Below are positions 10,602 to 21,584 of a stretch of DNA of 52,054 bases, one piece after another (position 1 is the first letter of the stretch; every line of letters begins with the position of its first letter). Origin of the DNA: Caulobacteraceae bacterium (GTDB taxonomy: Bacteria; Pseudomonadota; Alphaproteobacteria; Caulobacterales; Caulobacteraceae). The DNA is taken from contig JANYFU010000076.1 in the NCBI GenBank assembly GCA_025359665.1, positions 1 to 52,054 on the forward strand. Reading direction: 5' to 3'. The notes under the pieces are model-generated. The model worked only from the letters and a program-made list of their open reading frames with translations, had not been told where the DNA came from and did no database searches. The position numbers and the translations under genes were made by a program.

Positions 10602-13553
10602 ATGGCGGACGATGCTGGACGGCTAAGCGGAATACTGGCCGAGACGTCATTTCTGTATGGCGGCAACGCTGATTTCGTGGAGGATCTGTACGCGCGGTGG
10701 TCGGCTGACCCTTCGTCGGTGGAGCCGTCCTGGCGCGCCTTTTTCGCTTCCCTCGCCGACAGCAAGGAGGCGATCCGGCACGCTGGAGAACCTCCCGCCT
10801 GGACGCCTGATCCATTGCCTGAGGTCCGGCCCGACTGGCTGTCGGCGATCGACGGACTGTGGCCGGCGGTAGACGCCAAACTGACCGAGCGCATCGCCCA
10901 GCGCGCGCCCGCGGCCAGTCCGGACGAGGTTAGGGCCCGCACGCTGGATTCGCTGCGCGCCATCATGATGATCCGCGCCTATCGCATGCGAGGGCATCTG
11001 AAAGCCACGCTTGACCCGCTTGGCTTGGCGGTGACCGTCGGGGACGCCAGCGAACTGGACCCCGCGACCTACGGCTTTGCGGAGACCGATCACGACCGGC
11101 CGATTTTCCTCGATTACGTGCTGGGCCTGGAGACCACGACGCTTCGCGACATACTGGCCATTCTCAAACGCACCTACTGCGGAACCTTCGGCGTGCAATA
11201 TATGCACATCACCGATCCGCGAGAAAAAGCCTGGCTTCAGCGTCGCATCGAGGGGCGGGACAAGGAAATCAGCTTCACGCGCGAAGGTAAGATCGCGATC
11301 CTGAAGAAGCTGATCGAGTCCGAGGGCTTCGAGCGGTTCCTTGCCAAACGCTACCCTGGAACCAAACGCTTCGGTCTCGATGGCGCCGAGGCGGCGGTGC
11401 CGGCCATGGAGCAGATCATCAAGCGGGGTGGCGCCCTGGGGGTTCAGGATATCGTCATCGGCATGCCCCATCGCGGCCGGTTGAATGTGCTGGGGGCGGT
11501 GATGGCCAAGCCCTATCGCGCGATTTTTCACGAATTCCAGGGAGGTTCGTCCCTGCCTAGCGACATCGAGGGGTCGGGCGATGTCAAATACCATCTGGGA
11601 GCGTCGTCGGATCGCGGCTTCGACGATAACGAGGTCCACCTGTCGCTGACAGCCAACCCTAGTCACCTGGAGATCGTCAATCCGGTTGTGCTGGGCAAGG
11701 TGCGCGCCAAACAGGCGTTCACCCTCCGACAGAATCCGACATTCGGCCGCGGCCATGTGCTGCCTTTGTTGATGCATGGCGATGCCGCCTTCGCCGGTCA
11801 GGGCGTGGTGGCTGAATGTTTCAACTTGATGGGCATACGCGGTTATCGTACCGGCGGAGCCATCCATTTCATCGTCAACAATCAGATCGGCTTCACCACC
11901 AGCCCGACCTATAGCCGTACCAGCCCCTATCCTTCCGACAGCGCACTGATGGTCGAGGCGCCGATTTTTCACGCCAATGGCGACGACCCCGAGGCTGTGA
12001 CCTTTGCGGCCAAGGTGGCGGTGGAATACCGCCAACAGTTCGGCAAGGACGTGGTGATCGACATGTTCTGCTATCGGCGGTTCGGCCACAATGAGGGCGA
12101 CGATCCGACGATGACCCAGCCCCTGATGTACAAAAAAATCAGGGGTCACGCCTCGACGCGGGAGATCTATTCTCAGCGCTTGATCAGCGAGGGCGTGGCC
12201 ACGGCCAAGGAGATCGATGATTGGGTGGCCGAGTTTGCCGCCTATCTCGACGCCGAGTTCGAGGCAGGCAAGACTTGGCACGCCGACAAGGCCGATTGGC
12301 TGGATGGAAAATGGGCGGGCCTGGCGCTGGCCGACGGCGAGGAACGGCGCGGTAATACCGCGGTAGCGAAACAGAAGCTGCTCGATCTGGGGATGAAATT
12401 CACCGCTATCCCCGAGGGGCTCGACGCCCACAAGACCGTGGCGCGGGTGATCGACGGGCGTCGGACGGCGATCGAGACTGGAGAAAATATCGACTGGTCG
12501 ACGGCCGAACATCTGGCCTTCGCCAGCCTGTTGGACCAGGGCGTGCCAGTGCGTCTTTCCGGCCAGGACAGCGTCCGCGGGACCTTCGTCCAGCGGCATT
12601 GCGACCTTATCGACCAGACCACTGACCGGCACTATACGCCGCTGTCGAATCTACGTCCCGGACAGGCCCACTTCGAGGCGTTGGATTCCGCGCTCTCGGA
12701 AGAGGCGGTGCTGGGCTTCGAATATGGCTTCTCGCTGACCGATCCCAAAACACTCACCCTTTGGGAGGCGCAGTTCGGCGATTTCGCCAATGGCGCCCAG
12801 GTGGTGATCGATCAGTTCATTTCGTCCGGCGAGCGTAAATGGCTCAGGATGTCAGGTCTGGTGATGCTGCTGCCCCATGGCTACGAGGGACAGGGACCCG
12901 AACACTCTTCGGCGCGTCTCGAGCGGTACCTGCAACTGTGCGCCGAAGACAATCTGCAGGTGGCCAACTGCACGACGCCAGCCAACTATTTCCATATCCT
13001 ACGCCGCCAGATCATGCGTGAGTTTCGCAAGCCGCTGATCATGATGACGCCCAAGTCGCTGCTGCGGCACAAGAAGGCGGTGTCGAGCCTCGCCGACATG
13101 GCGGAGGGCTCCTCATTCCACCGCGTCCTGCGCGACGATGCCGAATATGGCCGCCACACCACCAGTCAACTGAAGGTGGAGGATGATATCCGGCGAGTCG
13201 TGCTGTGTTCGGGGAAGGTCTATTTCGACCTGCTCGACGAACGTGAAAAACGCGGCGTGGACGACGTCTATCTGATGCGCCTGGAACAGTTCTATCCATG
13301 GCCGGTGAAGTCGCTCAGCACCGAACTGGCCCGGTTCAAGAACGCCGAACTGGTCTGGTGCCAGGAAGAGCCCAAGAATATGGGCGGCTGGACCTTTGTC
13401 GACCCGTGGCTGGAACTCACCCTCGCAAAGCTGAACATCGCCGCCAAGCGCGCCCGCTACGTGGGCCGCCCGGCGTCAGCGTCGACGGCCGCGGGCCTGA
13501 TGACCCGCCACGTCAAGGAATTGCAGACCTTCCTCGCGCTTGCGTTCGCCTGA
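10602..13553 (+). CDS. sucA: 2-oxoglutarate dehydrogenase E1
   Basis: SFLYGGNADFVEDLY, GMPHRGRLN, TPP motif HGDAAFAGQG, WEAQFGDF. Start moved to the ATG at 10602. Confidence 0.98.
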   Translation: MADDAGRLSGILAETSFLYGGNADFVEDLYARWSADPSSVEPSWRAFFASLADSKEAIRHAGEPPAWTPDPLPEVRPDWLSAIDGLWPAVDAKLTERIAQRAPAASPDEVRARTLDSLRAIMMIRAYRMRGHLKATLDPLGLAVTVGDASELDPATYGFAETDHDRPIFLDYVLGLETTTLRDILAILKRTYCGTFGVQYMHITDPREKAWLQRRIEGRDKEISFTREGKIAILKKLIESEGFERFLAKRYPGTKRFGLDGAEAAVPAMEQIIKRGGALGVQDIVIGMPHRGRLNVLGAVMAKPYRAIFHEFQGGSSLPSDIEGSGDVKYHLGASSDRGFDDNEVHLSLTANPSHLEIVNPVVLGKVRAKQAFTLRQNPTFGRGHVLPLLMHGDAAFAGQGVVAECFNLMGIRGYRTGGAIHFIVNNQIGFTTSPTYSRTSPYPSDSALMVEAPIFHANGDDPEAVTFAAKVAVEYRQQFGKDVVIDMFCYRRFGHNEGDDPTMTQPLMYKKIRGHASTREIYSQRLISEGVATAKEIDDWVAEFAAYLDAEFEAGKTWHADKADWLDGKWAGLALADGEERRGNTAVAKQKLLDLGMKFTAIPEGLDAHKTVARVIDGRRTAIETGENIDWSTAEHLAFASLLDQGVPVRLSGQDSVRGTFVQRHCDLIDQTTDRHYTPLSNLRPGQAHFEALDSALSEEAVLGFEYGFSLTDPKTLTLWEAQFGDFANGAQVVIDQFISSGERKWLRMSGLVMLLPHGYEGQGPEHSSARLERYLQLCAEDNLQVANCTTPANYFHILRRQIMREFRKPLIMMTPKSLLRHKKAVSSLADMAEGSSFHRVLRDDAEYGRHTTSQLKVEDDIRRVVLCSGKVYFDLLDEREKRGVDDVYLMRLEQFYPWPVKSLSTELARFKNAELVWCQEEPKNMGGWTFVDPWLELTLAKLNIAAKRARYVGRPASASTAAGLMTRHVKELQTFLALAFA

Positions 13554-13640
13554 TACGAGAAAACGGCGTATTGGCCGTCCGCGCCGATCGCGGTTCTCGC
13601 CGTGGGTAGACGTGATCCCAGACCTGGAGCTTTCTAAGCC

Positions 13641-14903
13641 ATGACTGACATCATGACCCCTGCCCTTGGCGAGTCGGTCACCGAGGCGACGGTAGCGCGC
13701 TGGGCTAAGAAAGCCGGCGACGCCGTAAAGCGCGACGAGGTTCTGGTCGAGCTTGAAACCGATAAGGTCAGTCTTGAGGTGGTGGCCCCAGAAGACGGTG
13801 TACTGAGCGAGATCGACGCCGAGGAAGGTGCGACCGTGCTGCCGGGACAGAGACTTGGCCGGGTAGGCGCGGGCTCCGGAGTCCAGCCGACATTGACGGC
13901 GCCGGCCCCAGTCGCCGCCGCTTCCACTCCGGCTGCGGCGCCCACGCCTGCCCTGGCCAAAACCCTGCCTCTGTCCCCTTCCGTTCAGCGGATCGTGACT
14001 GAAAACGATCTCGATCCGGCGGCCATCGTCGGCGCCGGAAAGGACGGCCGGATCACCAAGGGCGATGCCATCGCAGCCATGGAAGCCAAGTCGTCGCCAG
14101 CGCCTGCCCCGACTCCAGCCCCGGTCGTGACACCTGTCGCGGCGGTGGCGGCGCTCGCGCCCAGCCTCCAGCCGATCGCTCCGGCCGTCCCCAGGGCGCC
14201 GGCCGCCCGCGAGGAGCGGGTACGGATGACCCGCCTGCGGCAGACGATCGCCCGGCGGGTGAAGGAGGCGCAGCAGACCGCCGCGATGCTGACTACGTTC
14301 AACGAGGTGGACATGACCGCCGTGATGGCATTGCGCAATCAATACAAAGACAGTTTCGAGAAGCGGCACGGCGTCAAGCTGGGCTTCATGGGGCTGTTCG
14401 TGAAAGCCTGCGTCGCGGCCCTGAAAGAAGTGCCAACCGTCAATGCCGAGATTGATGGCCAGGATCTGATCTACAAAAACCACTATGACATTGGCGTCGC
14501 GGTCGGCACTGAAAGGGGGCTGGTCGTCCCCGTGGTGCGGGACGCCGACGCGATGAGTCTGGCGGAAATCGAGGCCTCGATCGCCGCTCTGGGCAAGAAG
14601 GCCCGCGATGGCGCGCTGGCCATGGACGACCTGCAGGGTGGCACGTTCACCATCTCCAATGGCGGCGTCTACGGATCGCTGATGTCGACCCCGATCCTCA
14701 ACGCGCCGCAGTCGGGCATCCTGGGTATGCACAAGATCCAGGACCGTCCGGTGGCGATGAACGGGCAGGTGGTGATCCGGCCAATGATGTATCTGGCGCT
14801 GTCCTATGATCACCGGGTGGTGGACGGCCAGGGCGCCGTGACCTTCCTGGTCAAGGTCAAGGACAACATCGAGGACCCCCGGCGACTGCTGCTTGAAATC
14901 TGA
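13641..14903 (+). CDS. sucB: Dihydrolipoyl succinyltransferase E2
   Basis: Lipoyl motif LETDKV, Ala/Pro linkers, catalytic YDHRVVDG. Confidence 0.97.
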   Translation: MTDIMTPALGESVTEATVARWAKKAGDAVKRDEVLVELETDKVSLEVVAPEDGVLSEIDAEEGATVLPGQRLGRVGAGSGVQPTLTAPAPVAAASTPAAAPTPALAKTLPLSPSVQRIVTENDLDPAAIVGAGKDGRITKGDAIAAMEAKSSPAPAPTPAPVVTPVAAVAALAPSLQPIAPAVPRAPAAREERVRMTRLRQTIARRVKEAQQTAAMLTTFNEVDMTAVMALRNQYKDSFEKRHGVKLGFMGLFVKACVAALKEVPTVNAEIDGQDLIYKNHYDIGVAVGTERGLVVPVVRDADAMSLAEIEASIAALGKKARDGALAMDDLQGGTFTISNGGVYGSLMSTPILNAPQSGILGMHKIQDRPVAMNGQVVIRPMMYLALSYDHRVVDGQGAVTFLVKVKDNIEDPRRLLLEI

Positions 14904-14941
14904 CCGGGTAAAACCGGGTTCCACGAGGAAGAGAACACTGT

Positions 14942-16339
14942 ATGGCCGACTATGACCTGATCATCATCGGCGGCGGGCCCGGCGGTTACAACGGCGCCAT
15001 CCGTGCCGGCCAGCTTGGCCTGAAGGTGGCCTGCGTCGAGATGCGCGAGACGCTCGGCGGCACCTGTCTGAACGTCGGCTGTATTCCGTCGAAGTCGCTG
15101 CTCCACGCCTCCGAGATGTTCGACCTGGCGAACAAGGATTTCGCCGGCTTGGGGATCGAAGTGACCCCGAAGCTCAATCTGCCGACGATGATGAAGCAGA
15201 AGACCGATTCGGTCGGCCAGCTGACCAAGGGGATCGAGTTCCTGTTCAAGAAGAACAAGGTCGATTGGCTTAAGGGGGCCGGTCGGCTGGCGGGTCCAGG
15301 CAAGGTTGAGGTCATCGCCGCCGATGGGTCGAAGGCCATCCTGGAGGCGAAATCGATCATCATCGCCTCGGGCTCGCGGCCATCGCCGCTGCCCGGGGTG
15401 GCCGTGGACCAGCAACGTATCGTCGATTCGACCGGCGCGCTGGCGCTGCCCGAGGTTCCGGGATCGATGATCGTGATTGGCGCCGGCGTCATCGGCCTGG
15501 AGTTAGGTTCGGTTTGGAGACGCCTGGGCGCCAAGGTCACCGTGGTGGAATTCCTGGACCGCATCACCCCCGGGCTCGACCAGGAGACGGCGAAGACCCT
15601 CCAGAGGTCGCTGACCCGCCAAGGCATGGCGTTCAAGCTCAGCGCGAAGGTAACCGGGGCGACGGCGCGGCCCGATGGCGTGGATCTGACGGTGGAGCCT
15701 GTCGCGGGCGGCGCGTCCGAAACCTTAAGCGCCGACTATGTGCTGCTGGCGATCGGCCGCCAGCCCGTTACCGACCATCTGGGTCTCGAGACGGTAGGCA
15801 TCGTTCCCGACAAACGTGGTTTCATCGAGACCGACCATTTCGCGACCAGCGCGCCGGGCGTCTATGCGGTTGGCGACGTCACCCATGGCCTGATGCTCGC
15901 GCACAAGGCCGAGGATGAGGCGGTCGCCTGTGTTGAGATCATCACCGGGAGGGCCGGCCACGTGAACTACGACGTGATCCCCAACGTCATCTACACCTTT
16001 CCGGAAGTCGCCTGCGTGGGAAAGACCGAGGAGGAGCTCAAGGCCGAAGGGGTGGCGTATAAGGTAGGTAAATTCGCCTTCACGGCCAACTCGCGCGCCA
16101 AGGTCAATCATGAAGCCGAGGGTTTCGTAAAGGTGCTGGCGGACGCAGCCACCGACCGGATTCTCGGGGTCCATATGATCGGTCCGGACGTCAGCGAGAT
16201 GATCGGCGAATATTGCGTGGCGATGGAGTTCTCGGCGGCTTCGGAAGACGTCGCCCGAACCTGTCACCCTCATCCCACCCGATCCGAGGCGCTGCGGCAG
16301 GCGGCCATGGGGGTCGAAGGCTGGACGATGCAGTCCTGA
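14942..16339 (+). CDS. lpdA: Dihydrolipoyl dehydrogenase E3
   Basis: GGGPGG, GGTCLNVGCIPSK, HPHPTRSE. Confidence 0.97.
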   Translation: MADYDLIIIGGGPGGYNGAIRAGQLGLKVACVEMRETLGGTCLNVGCIPSKSLLHASEMFDLANKDFAGLGIEVTPKLNLPTMMKQKTDSVGQLTKGIEFLFKKNKVDWLKGAGRLAGPGKVEVIAADGSKAILEAKSIIIASGSRPSPLPGVAVDQQRIVDSTGALALPEVPGSMIVIGAGVIGLELGSVWRRLGAKVTVVEFLDRITPGLDQETAKTLQRSLTRQGMAFKLSAKVTGATARPDGVDLTVEPVAGGASETLSADYVLLAIGRQPVTDHLGLETVGIVPDKRGFIETDHFATSAPGVYAVGDVTHGLMLAHKAEDEAVACVEIITGRAGHVNYDVIPNVIYTFPEVACVGKTEEELKAEGVAYKVGKFAFTANSRAKVNHEAEGFVKVLADAATDRILGVHMIGPDVSEMIGEYCVAMEFSAASEDVARTCHPHPTRSEALRQAAMGVEGWTMQS

Positions 16340-16451
16340 TCGTACGGGCGATGTAGTCCAACGGCCCCGCTTTCCAGGTGCGGGCTTGACGGCGAGAAGC
16401 GGTGCGCGCGCTATGGCTGGGCAATGGCTCATTAGCCATGGGAGGTGGAAA

Positions 16452-16847
16452 ATGAGCGTCGAATTGACGATGCTTGTCTATTCGGCGGCGCTGCTGTTGG
16501 TTCTGGTGCTGGCCCAGGCGTTAGCGGGTGTCGTTGCGCAGGGTCTGTCGCCCATGGCCGGTCCGCGAGACAACCTGCCGCCGCCCAAGCCTTTTCAGGC
16601 CCGTATGGTCCGGGTGGTCAACAACCATCGCGAAGGCCTGACCATCTTCGCGCCGCTGGTTTTGGCGGCGGCGGTCGCGCAGATCTCAAACCACTGGACG
16701 GTGCTGGGGGCGGAACTGTTCTTCTATTCGCGTGTCGTCCATGCCGGGGTCTACCTCGCCGGCGTTCCGATGATCAGGCCTCTCATCTGGGCGGTGGGCC
16801 TGACCGGCACGGTTATGGTATTGCTGGCGCTTCTGCGGGTGATCTGA
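16452..16847 (+). CDS. MAPEG-family membrane protein
   Basis: RBS GGAGG; hydrophobic 131 aa with R...NNHREGLTIFAP and FFYSRVVHA pattern. Confidence 0.8.
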   Translation: MSVELTMLVYSAALLLVLVLAQALAGVVAQGLSPMAGPRDNLPPPKPFQARMVRVVNNHREGLTIFAPLVLAAAVAQISNHWTVLGAELFFYSRVVHAGVYLAGVPMIRPLIWAVGLTGTVMVLLALLRVI

Positions 16848-16868
16848 GGGCTTTAAGGCGAGCGACCA

Positions 16869-17795
16869 TCATGGGCGGGGGTGAGCGTCCGAATAGGCCC
16901 TGAGCAGACCGGTGGCGTCGACGGCGGTGTACCTCTGAGTCGTGGATAGGGAAGCGTGGCCGAGGAGTTCCTGGATCGACCGCAAGTCAGCGCCGGCGCC
17001 CAGAAGATGCGTGGCGAAGGCGTGACGAAGGGCGTGGGGCGTCGCCCGTTCGGAGAGCCCGAGACGGGCGCGTAGGCCCTGCACCAGGCCTTGCACTTGG
17101 CGGGGGCCCAGCGCACCGCCCCGGTTAGCGCGGAACAAGGCGTCATCGGGCTCCAGTGAAAAGGGTAGGAGACCCAGATAGATGTCGATTGCCTCGCGAA
17201 CCCTGGGCAGGACCGGAGCCAGGCGCGTCTTGCCGCCCTTGCCGACGATCCGCAGGGAGTCGGGCGCCGGCGCGTCTCGGCGTTGCAGACTGAGGGCCTC
17301 GGAGATTCGCAGGCCGCATCCCCAGAGCAATGTCAGGATGGCTTGGTCCCGGGCACGGACCCAAGGCGGGCCTTGTGCGTCGTCGCCCGCCTCGCGAATC
17401 AAGCCGAGGGCTTGATCTTCGGAGACCGGGCGGGGCGCGCCGGGTCTGACTCTTGGGCTTCGCACCAGCTGTATGGCGCTATTGGGCGTCGCCAGCCGAT
17501 GGTCCAGAAAGCGATGGAACGAGCGGATGGCCGAAAGAGCCTGGGAAAGCGAGCGCGCGGTGAGCGCGTGGTCGCCGCCGCGGCGACTGGACAGATAGGC
17601 GCGCAGATCGGCGGTGCTGATGGCAGCCAGATCTGCGAGCGCGACGGAGTCGCCCCGGTGGCTTTGCAGGAAGTCCAGATAGGCCGTGACGCAGCCCTTA
17701 TAAGCCTCCAGGGTTCGTGGACTGACACGCCGCTCCCTGGCCAGGTAGCCTAGCCAGGCGTTCAAGGCGTCTCGGGCGGTCAGGGCGTCGGCCAT
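16869..17795 (-). CDS. xerC: Tyrosine recombinase XerC
   Basis: Catalytic set GLRISE, KGGK, HALRH, LGH and TQRY; overlaps DUF484 gene as in the usual alphaproteobacterial locus. Confidence 0.92.
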   Translation of the reverse strand: MADALTARDALNAWLGYLARERRVSPRTLEAYKGCVTAYLDFLQSHRGDSVALADLAAISTADLRAYLSSRRGGDHALTARSLSQALSAIRSFHRFLDHRLATPNSAIQLVRSPRVRPGAPRPVSEDQALGLIREAGDDAQGPPWVRARDQAILTLLWGCGLRISEALSLQRRDAPAPDSLRIVGKGGKTRLAPVLPRVREAIDIYLGLLPFSLEPDDALFRANRGGALGPRQVQGLVQGLRARLGLSERATPHALRHAFATHLLGAGADLRSIQELLGHASLSTTQRYTAVDATGLLRAYSDAHPRP

Positions 17796-18472
17796 CGCTG
17801 GGCCGTATGCTCGACGATTCGGCCGAGGAAAGTGACGAGTTCGGCCCCCATCTCGGGTGTGAAGGCCTCCGCGTCGAAAGAGCCAAACGCCATGACGCCC
17901 GCGCGCGTCGGATTCCAGAGCGCCAGCCGGGTCAGGGCGACGCTCTGGATTTGCGGCGCATGTATACCAAAAAGACCCGCGGCCGTCGGGATGCACCCCA
18001 TGCGCGCCGTATTGCCGTCGCCCAAGAGAAGATCGCTTTGGCCCTCCACCAAGGTAAGCCAGCCGGCCGGGGTTCCATCTCCCTCAAGCGCGAGGGAGCC
18101 CATAACGAGGCCGAATCGCTCGCGAGCCAGTTGATCGACGCGGAGAGCGAGGTCGGCCAAACCGTCGGCTTGCAAGACATCGGTTACGGCTGCGTGGGTT
18201 TGGGTCTGGGCCGCGTAGTTCGCCCGCGCCATAGTCTCAAGACGGATGCGCTCACTGGATTCGCGCTGGTGGGCCGCACTCACCCTGGATAGGGCGACCG
18301 GGCCGAAATCAACTATGTTGGCGGCGTCAAGTCGCAGGCCGAGGTCGGCGAGGAGTTGCGGATCGTCCCGCAGCCAGCCTGAATTTGCGAGTAGAGCATC
18401 GCGAACCGTCTCGCGATCATCCCGACTGGGCGAGGAGATCATCTCGTCCGCCTCAATCAAATCCATCGACAT
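17780..18472 (-). CDS. DUF484-family protein
   Basis: Position upstream of xerC; ARANYAAQ, SVAL, GVMAFGS and FTPEMGAELVTFL pattern. Confidence 0.8.
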   Translation of the reverse strand: MSMDLIEADEMISSPSRDDRETVRDALLANSGWLRDDPQLLADLGLRLDAANIVDFGPVALSRVSAAHQRESSERIRLETMARANYAAQTQTHAAVTDVLQADGLADLALRVDQLARERFGLVMGSLALEGDGTPAGWLTLVEGQSDLLLGDGNTARMGCIPTAAGLFGIHAPQIQSVALTRLALWNPTRAGVMAFGSFDAEAFTPEMGAELVTFLGRIVEHTAQRWPTP

Positions 18473-18592
18473 GACCCCTTGGTTCCCCGATTCCCGAGAC
18501 TCGCCAGCGCGCAAGTCCGCAACACCCAATCATCGACTTCGAGCGGTTAACGCTGGGTTGCGGCCGGGCGCGGAAAGCGCGACCTACGACAA

Positions 18593-20776
18593 ATGGGTGC
18601 GCATGAGGATTCGAAGGTCGGACGCGTCGTTCAGGTGTTGCTGCCGCTGAGGTTGCCCGAAGGGTTCGACTACGCGGAACCCGAGGGCATGGACTTGGCC
18701 CCCGGTGACATGGTGGCCGTGCCCTTGGGGCCGAGGACTCTTCGTGGAGTCGTGGAGTTGGTGCGGGACGGCGTGGGCGCAAACCGCCCGCTCAAGCCTG
18801 TGGCTTCGCGTCTGGATGAGCCCCGCTTTCCGAAGGGGACGCTGGCGTTCGTGCATTGGGCCGCGAAATACGCGGTCGATTCGCCTGGCGCGCCGTTGGC
18901 TATCGCCTTGCGCGGATTGAACGCTCCGCGTCCCAGACTTGAGCGCAGGGTCGTGGCGACTGGCAAAAGACCGGGGCGTTCCACGCCCAGCCGGAGTCGG
19001 GTGTTGGATGCGGCGTCAGTTCCGTTGGGACGGGCTGAATTGGCCAGGATGGCCGCCGTTTCGGACGGCGTCATCAGGGCTCTGCTGGAGCAAGGGTGTC
19101 TCTGCGTGGTCGAGATGGAGAGGCATTCGCCGTTCACGGCGCCCGACCCGGACCTGCCAGGTTCTATCCTGAACCCCAGCCAGGCCGCGGCCGCAGCGGC
19201 TCTGGGCCATACGGTTGGAGAGGGTCGATTTACGGTCACTCTGCTGGACGGCGTGACCGGTTCGGGAAAAACTGAGGTTTATCTCGAGGCTGCGGCATTA
19301 GTGCTAAAAGCCGACCCCGGCGCGCAGGTTCTGGTGCTCTTGCCGGAGATCGCGCTCACCCAGGCGGTGATTGATCGTTTCGCGTCGCGGTTCGGTGGCG
19401 CACCCGCGGAGTGGCATTCCGGCGTGTCTCCGACCCGACGCCGGGAGACCTGGGAAGCGGTGGCGACGGGCGAGGCGCGTATCGTGGTCGGTGCACGTTC
19501 GGCCCTGTTTCTGCCGTTCGGCCGCCTTGGGCTGATCATTGTCGATGAGGAACACGACGGATCCTACAAACAGGAAGAAGGGTTCATCTACCAGGCCCGA
19601 GATCTCGCCGTGGCGCGGGCTAAGATCGAAGATTGCTCGGTCGTTCTGGCGTCGGCCACGCCGTCTCTGGAGACTCTGTACAACGCCCAGACCGGGCGCT
19701 ATCGCTGGCTCCGGCTTGGGGATCGGCATGGAGCTGCCCGGATGCCGTCCATCGAGCTGGTAGACCTCCGCGAGTCTCCGCCCGAGGCCGGGCAGTGGTT
19801 GTCGCCACGGCTCACGGCGGCAATGGCTCAGACCCTTGAGAGGGGTGAGCAGGCGCTCTTGTTCCTCAATCGGCGCGGCTACGCCCCGCTGGTTCTCTGC
19901 CGTGCTTGCGGAGAGCGGATGAGGGCGCCCGACAGCGATTCCTGGTTGGTCGAGCATCGCTATACCGGCCGCCTGGTCTGTCATCTCACCGGCTACTCCA
20001 TGGTCAAGCCGGCCTGCTGCCCTCATTGCGGGGCCAAGGACAGCCTGATTTCTATCGGTCCCGGCGTCGAACGCGTGGAGGAGGAGGCTCGGTCGCGGTT
20101 TCCACAAGCGCGCCTGGCGGTGTTTTCATCCGATACGGTTACCGACGCCGCCGCCGCTAGGGCGATGATCGAGGCCATGGCCCTGGGCGAGTTCGACATC
20201 ATGGTGGCCACCCAGGCAGCGGCCAAGGGGCACAATTTTCCTGCCTTGACCCTGGTCGGCGTGGTCGATGGCGACCTTGGCCTGAGAGGCGGCGATCTGA
20301 GGGCCGCTGAACGCACCTACCAACTCCTGACCCAGGTATCCGGCCGGGCGGGCCGACAGGAACGCCCTGGTCGGGCGCTCATCCAGACCTGGGCGCCAGA
20401 CCATGCGGTGATGCAGGCCATCGCCGCGGGGGACCGGGACGGCTTCATGGCTATTGAGCTGGCCGAACGAGAGGCTGTCGGCCTGCCGCCGTTCGGACGT
20501 CTGGCCGCTTTGATTCTTTCTGGGCCAGATCCGATGGCGTTGGAGGCCTTCGCCCGCGCACTGGCAGCAGCGGCGCCCAACGGAGATGGCGTGATCATCT
20601 ATGGGCCGGCCGATGCCCCACTGGCTCTGGTCCGAGGCCTGCGACGCAAGCGATTTCTCGTGCGATCGGAGCGGTCAGTCGATCTCCAGTCGTTTTTGGC
20701 CGCGTGGCGCGCGAGGGTGAAAATTCCGTCGCGCGTCAGGCTGACCATCGACGTCGATCCCTACAGCTTTCTTTGA
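18593..20776 (+). CDS. priA: Primosomal protein N' (replication restart helicase)
   Basis: Walker A GVTGSGKTEVY, LPEIAL, DEEHD, LNRRGYAP, QVSGRAGR, DVDP. Confidence 0.97.
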   Translation: MGAHEDSKVGRVVQVLLPLRLPEGFDYAEPEGMDLAPGDMVAVPLGPRTLRGVVELVRDGVGANRPLKPVASRLDEPRFPKGTLAFVHWAAKYAVDSPGAPLAIALRGLNAPRPRLERRVVATGKRPGRSTPSRSRVLDAASVPLGRAELARMAAVSDGVIRALLEQGCLCVVEMERHSPFTAPDPDLPGSILNPSQAAAAAALGHTVGEGRFTVTLLDGVTGSGKTEVYLEAAALVLKADPGAQVLVLLPEIALTQAVIDRFASRFGGAPAEWHSGVSPTRRRETWEAVATGEARIVVGARSALFLPFGRLGLIIVDEEHDGSYKQEEGFIYQARDLAVARAKIEDCSVVLASATPSLETLYNAQTGRYRWLRLGDRHGAARMPSIELVDLRESPPEAGQWLSPRLTAAMAQTLERGEQALLFLNRRGYAPLVLCRACGERMRAPDSDSWLVEHRYTGRLVCHLTGYSMVKPACCPHCGAKDSLISIGPGVERVEEEARSRFPQARLAVFSSDTVTDAAAARAMIEAMALGEFDIMVATQAAAKGHNFPALTLVGVVDGDLGLRGGDLRAAERTYQLLTQVSGRAGRQERPGRALIQTWAPDHAVMQAIAAGDRDGFMAIELAEREAVGLPPFGRLAALILSGPDPMALEAFARALAAAAPNGDGVIIYGPADAPLALVRGLRRKRFLVRSERSVDLQSFLAAWRARVKIPSRVRLTIDVDPYSFL

Positions 20777-20837
20777 CATTCTCGGATGATCACGCGGTAC
20801 AGAGGTTGATCCTTATGGTCCGGGCCGACCATAAGGA

Positions 20838-21584
20838 GTGATGTCTCATTTCCTGACTGGGGAAGCCTTCGCCTCGTTCGCGGCGCTCACCTTTCTTGAG
20901 GTGGTTCTAGGCATAGACAATATCGTTTTCCTGGCGGTGGCGATCCAGCGGCTGCCTCCAGAGAAACGTCCAAGGGGGCGGCGCATAGGCCTTTCCCTAG
21001 CTATGCTGCTGAGAATTCTCATGCTTGTCAGCCTTGTCTGGGCGTCGAGCCTCGATATGCATCTTATTCAGATCATGGGCCGTGTTTTCACGATCAAGGA
21101 CGTCGTCCTGATCGCCGGAGGCCTGTTCCTGCTGGCCAAAGGAACAGGAGAGATTCACGAAGCGATGGACGGGGCCGCTGGCGGAGGGGCGACGGAGCCC
21201 GTGCCGGAGACCCCACAGTGGTCGAGCATGACGGCCGTGGTGTTTCAGATCGGCCTGATCAATATCGTCTTTTCGCTAGATAGCGTGATCACGGCTGTGG
21301 GTATGACCAATGATCTGCCGATCATGATCGGCGCCGTTGTCGCCTCGACCCTGGTGATGCTGTTCGCCGCCGAACCCGTAGAGCGGTTTATCCACGAGCG
21401 GCCGACCACGAAGATGCTGGCGCTGTCCTTCATTCTGCTTATCGGCGTGGCCCTGATCGCCGACGGGCTCGGGTTCCATATTCCGCGCGCCTACATCTAT
21501 TTCGCGATCGCGTTCTCCCTCTTTGTTGAGATTCTGAACTCGACGTCCCAAAAACGCCGAAGCCGAAAAAGGCCCGGAGCCTAG
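20838..21584 (+). CDS. TerC-family membrane protein
   Basis: LEVVLGIDNIVF and VFSLDSVITAVG; RBS AAGGAG. Confidence 0.92.
   Translation: MMSHFLTGEAFASFAALTFLEVVLGIDNIVFLAVAIQRLPPEKRPRGRRIGLSLAMLLRILMLVSLVWASSLDMHLIQIMGRVFTIKDVVLIAGGLFLLAKGTGEIHEAMDGAAGGGATEPVPETPQWSSMTAVVFQIGLINIVFSLDSVITAVGMTNDLPIMIGAVVASTLVMLFAAEPVERFIHERPTTKMLALSFILLIGVALIADGLGFHIPRAYIYFAIAFSLFVEILNSTSQKRRSRKRPGA

Noticed and set aside
4055-16432. Long antisense ORFs (for example 6707-8653, 10647-12632, 13476-14924; also 42320-44395)
   Set aside because: They shadow well-conserved sense genes, as expected from high-GC codon bias, and have no recognisable motifs.
16869-17795. Tyrosine recombinase as a possible integrase for the phage module
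   Set aside because: It sits in the housekeeping lpdA-xerC-DUF484-priA context about 27 kb away and reads as chromosomal XerC.
18546-18562. CtrA site in the DUF484/priA divergent region (also TTAAC near 40559)
   Set aside because: Only TTAAC half-sites; no TTAA-N7-TTAA.
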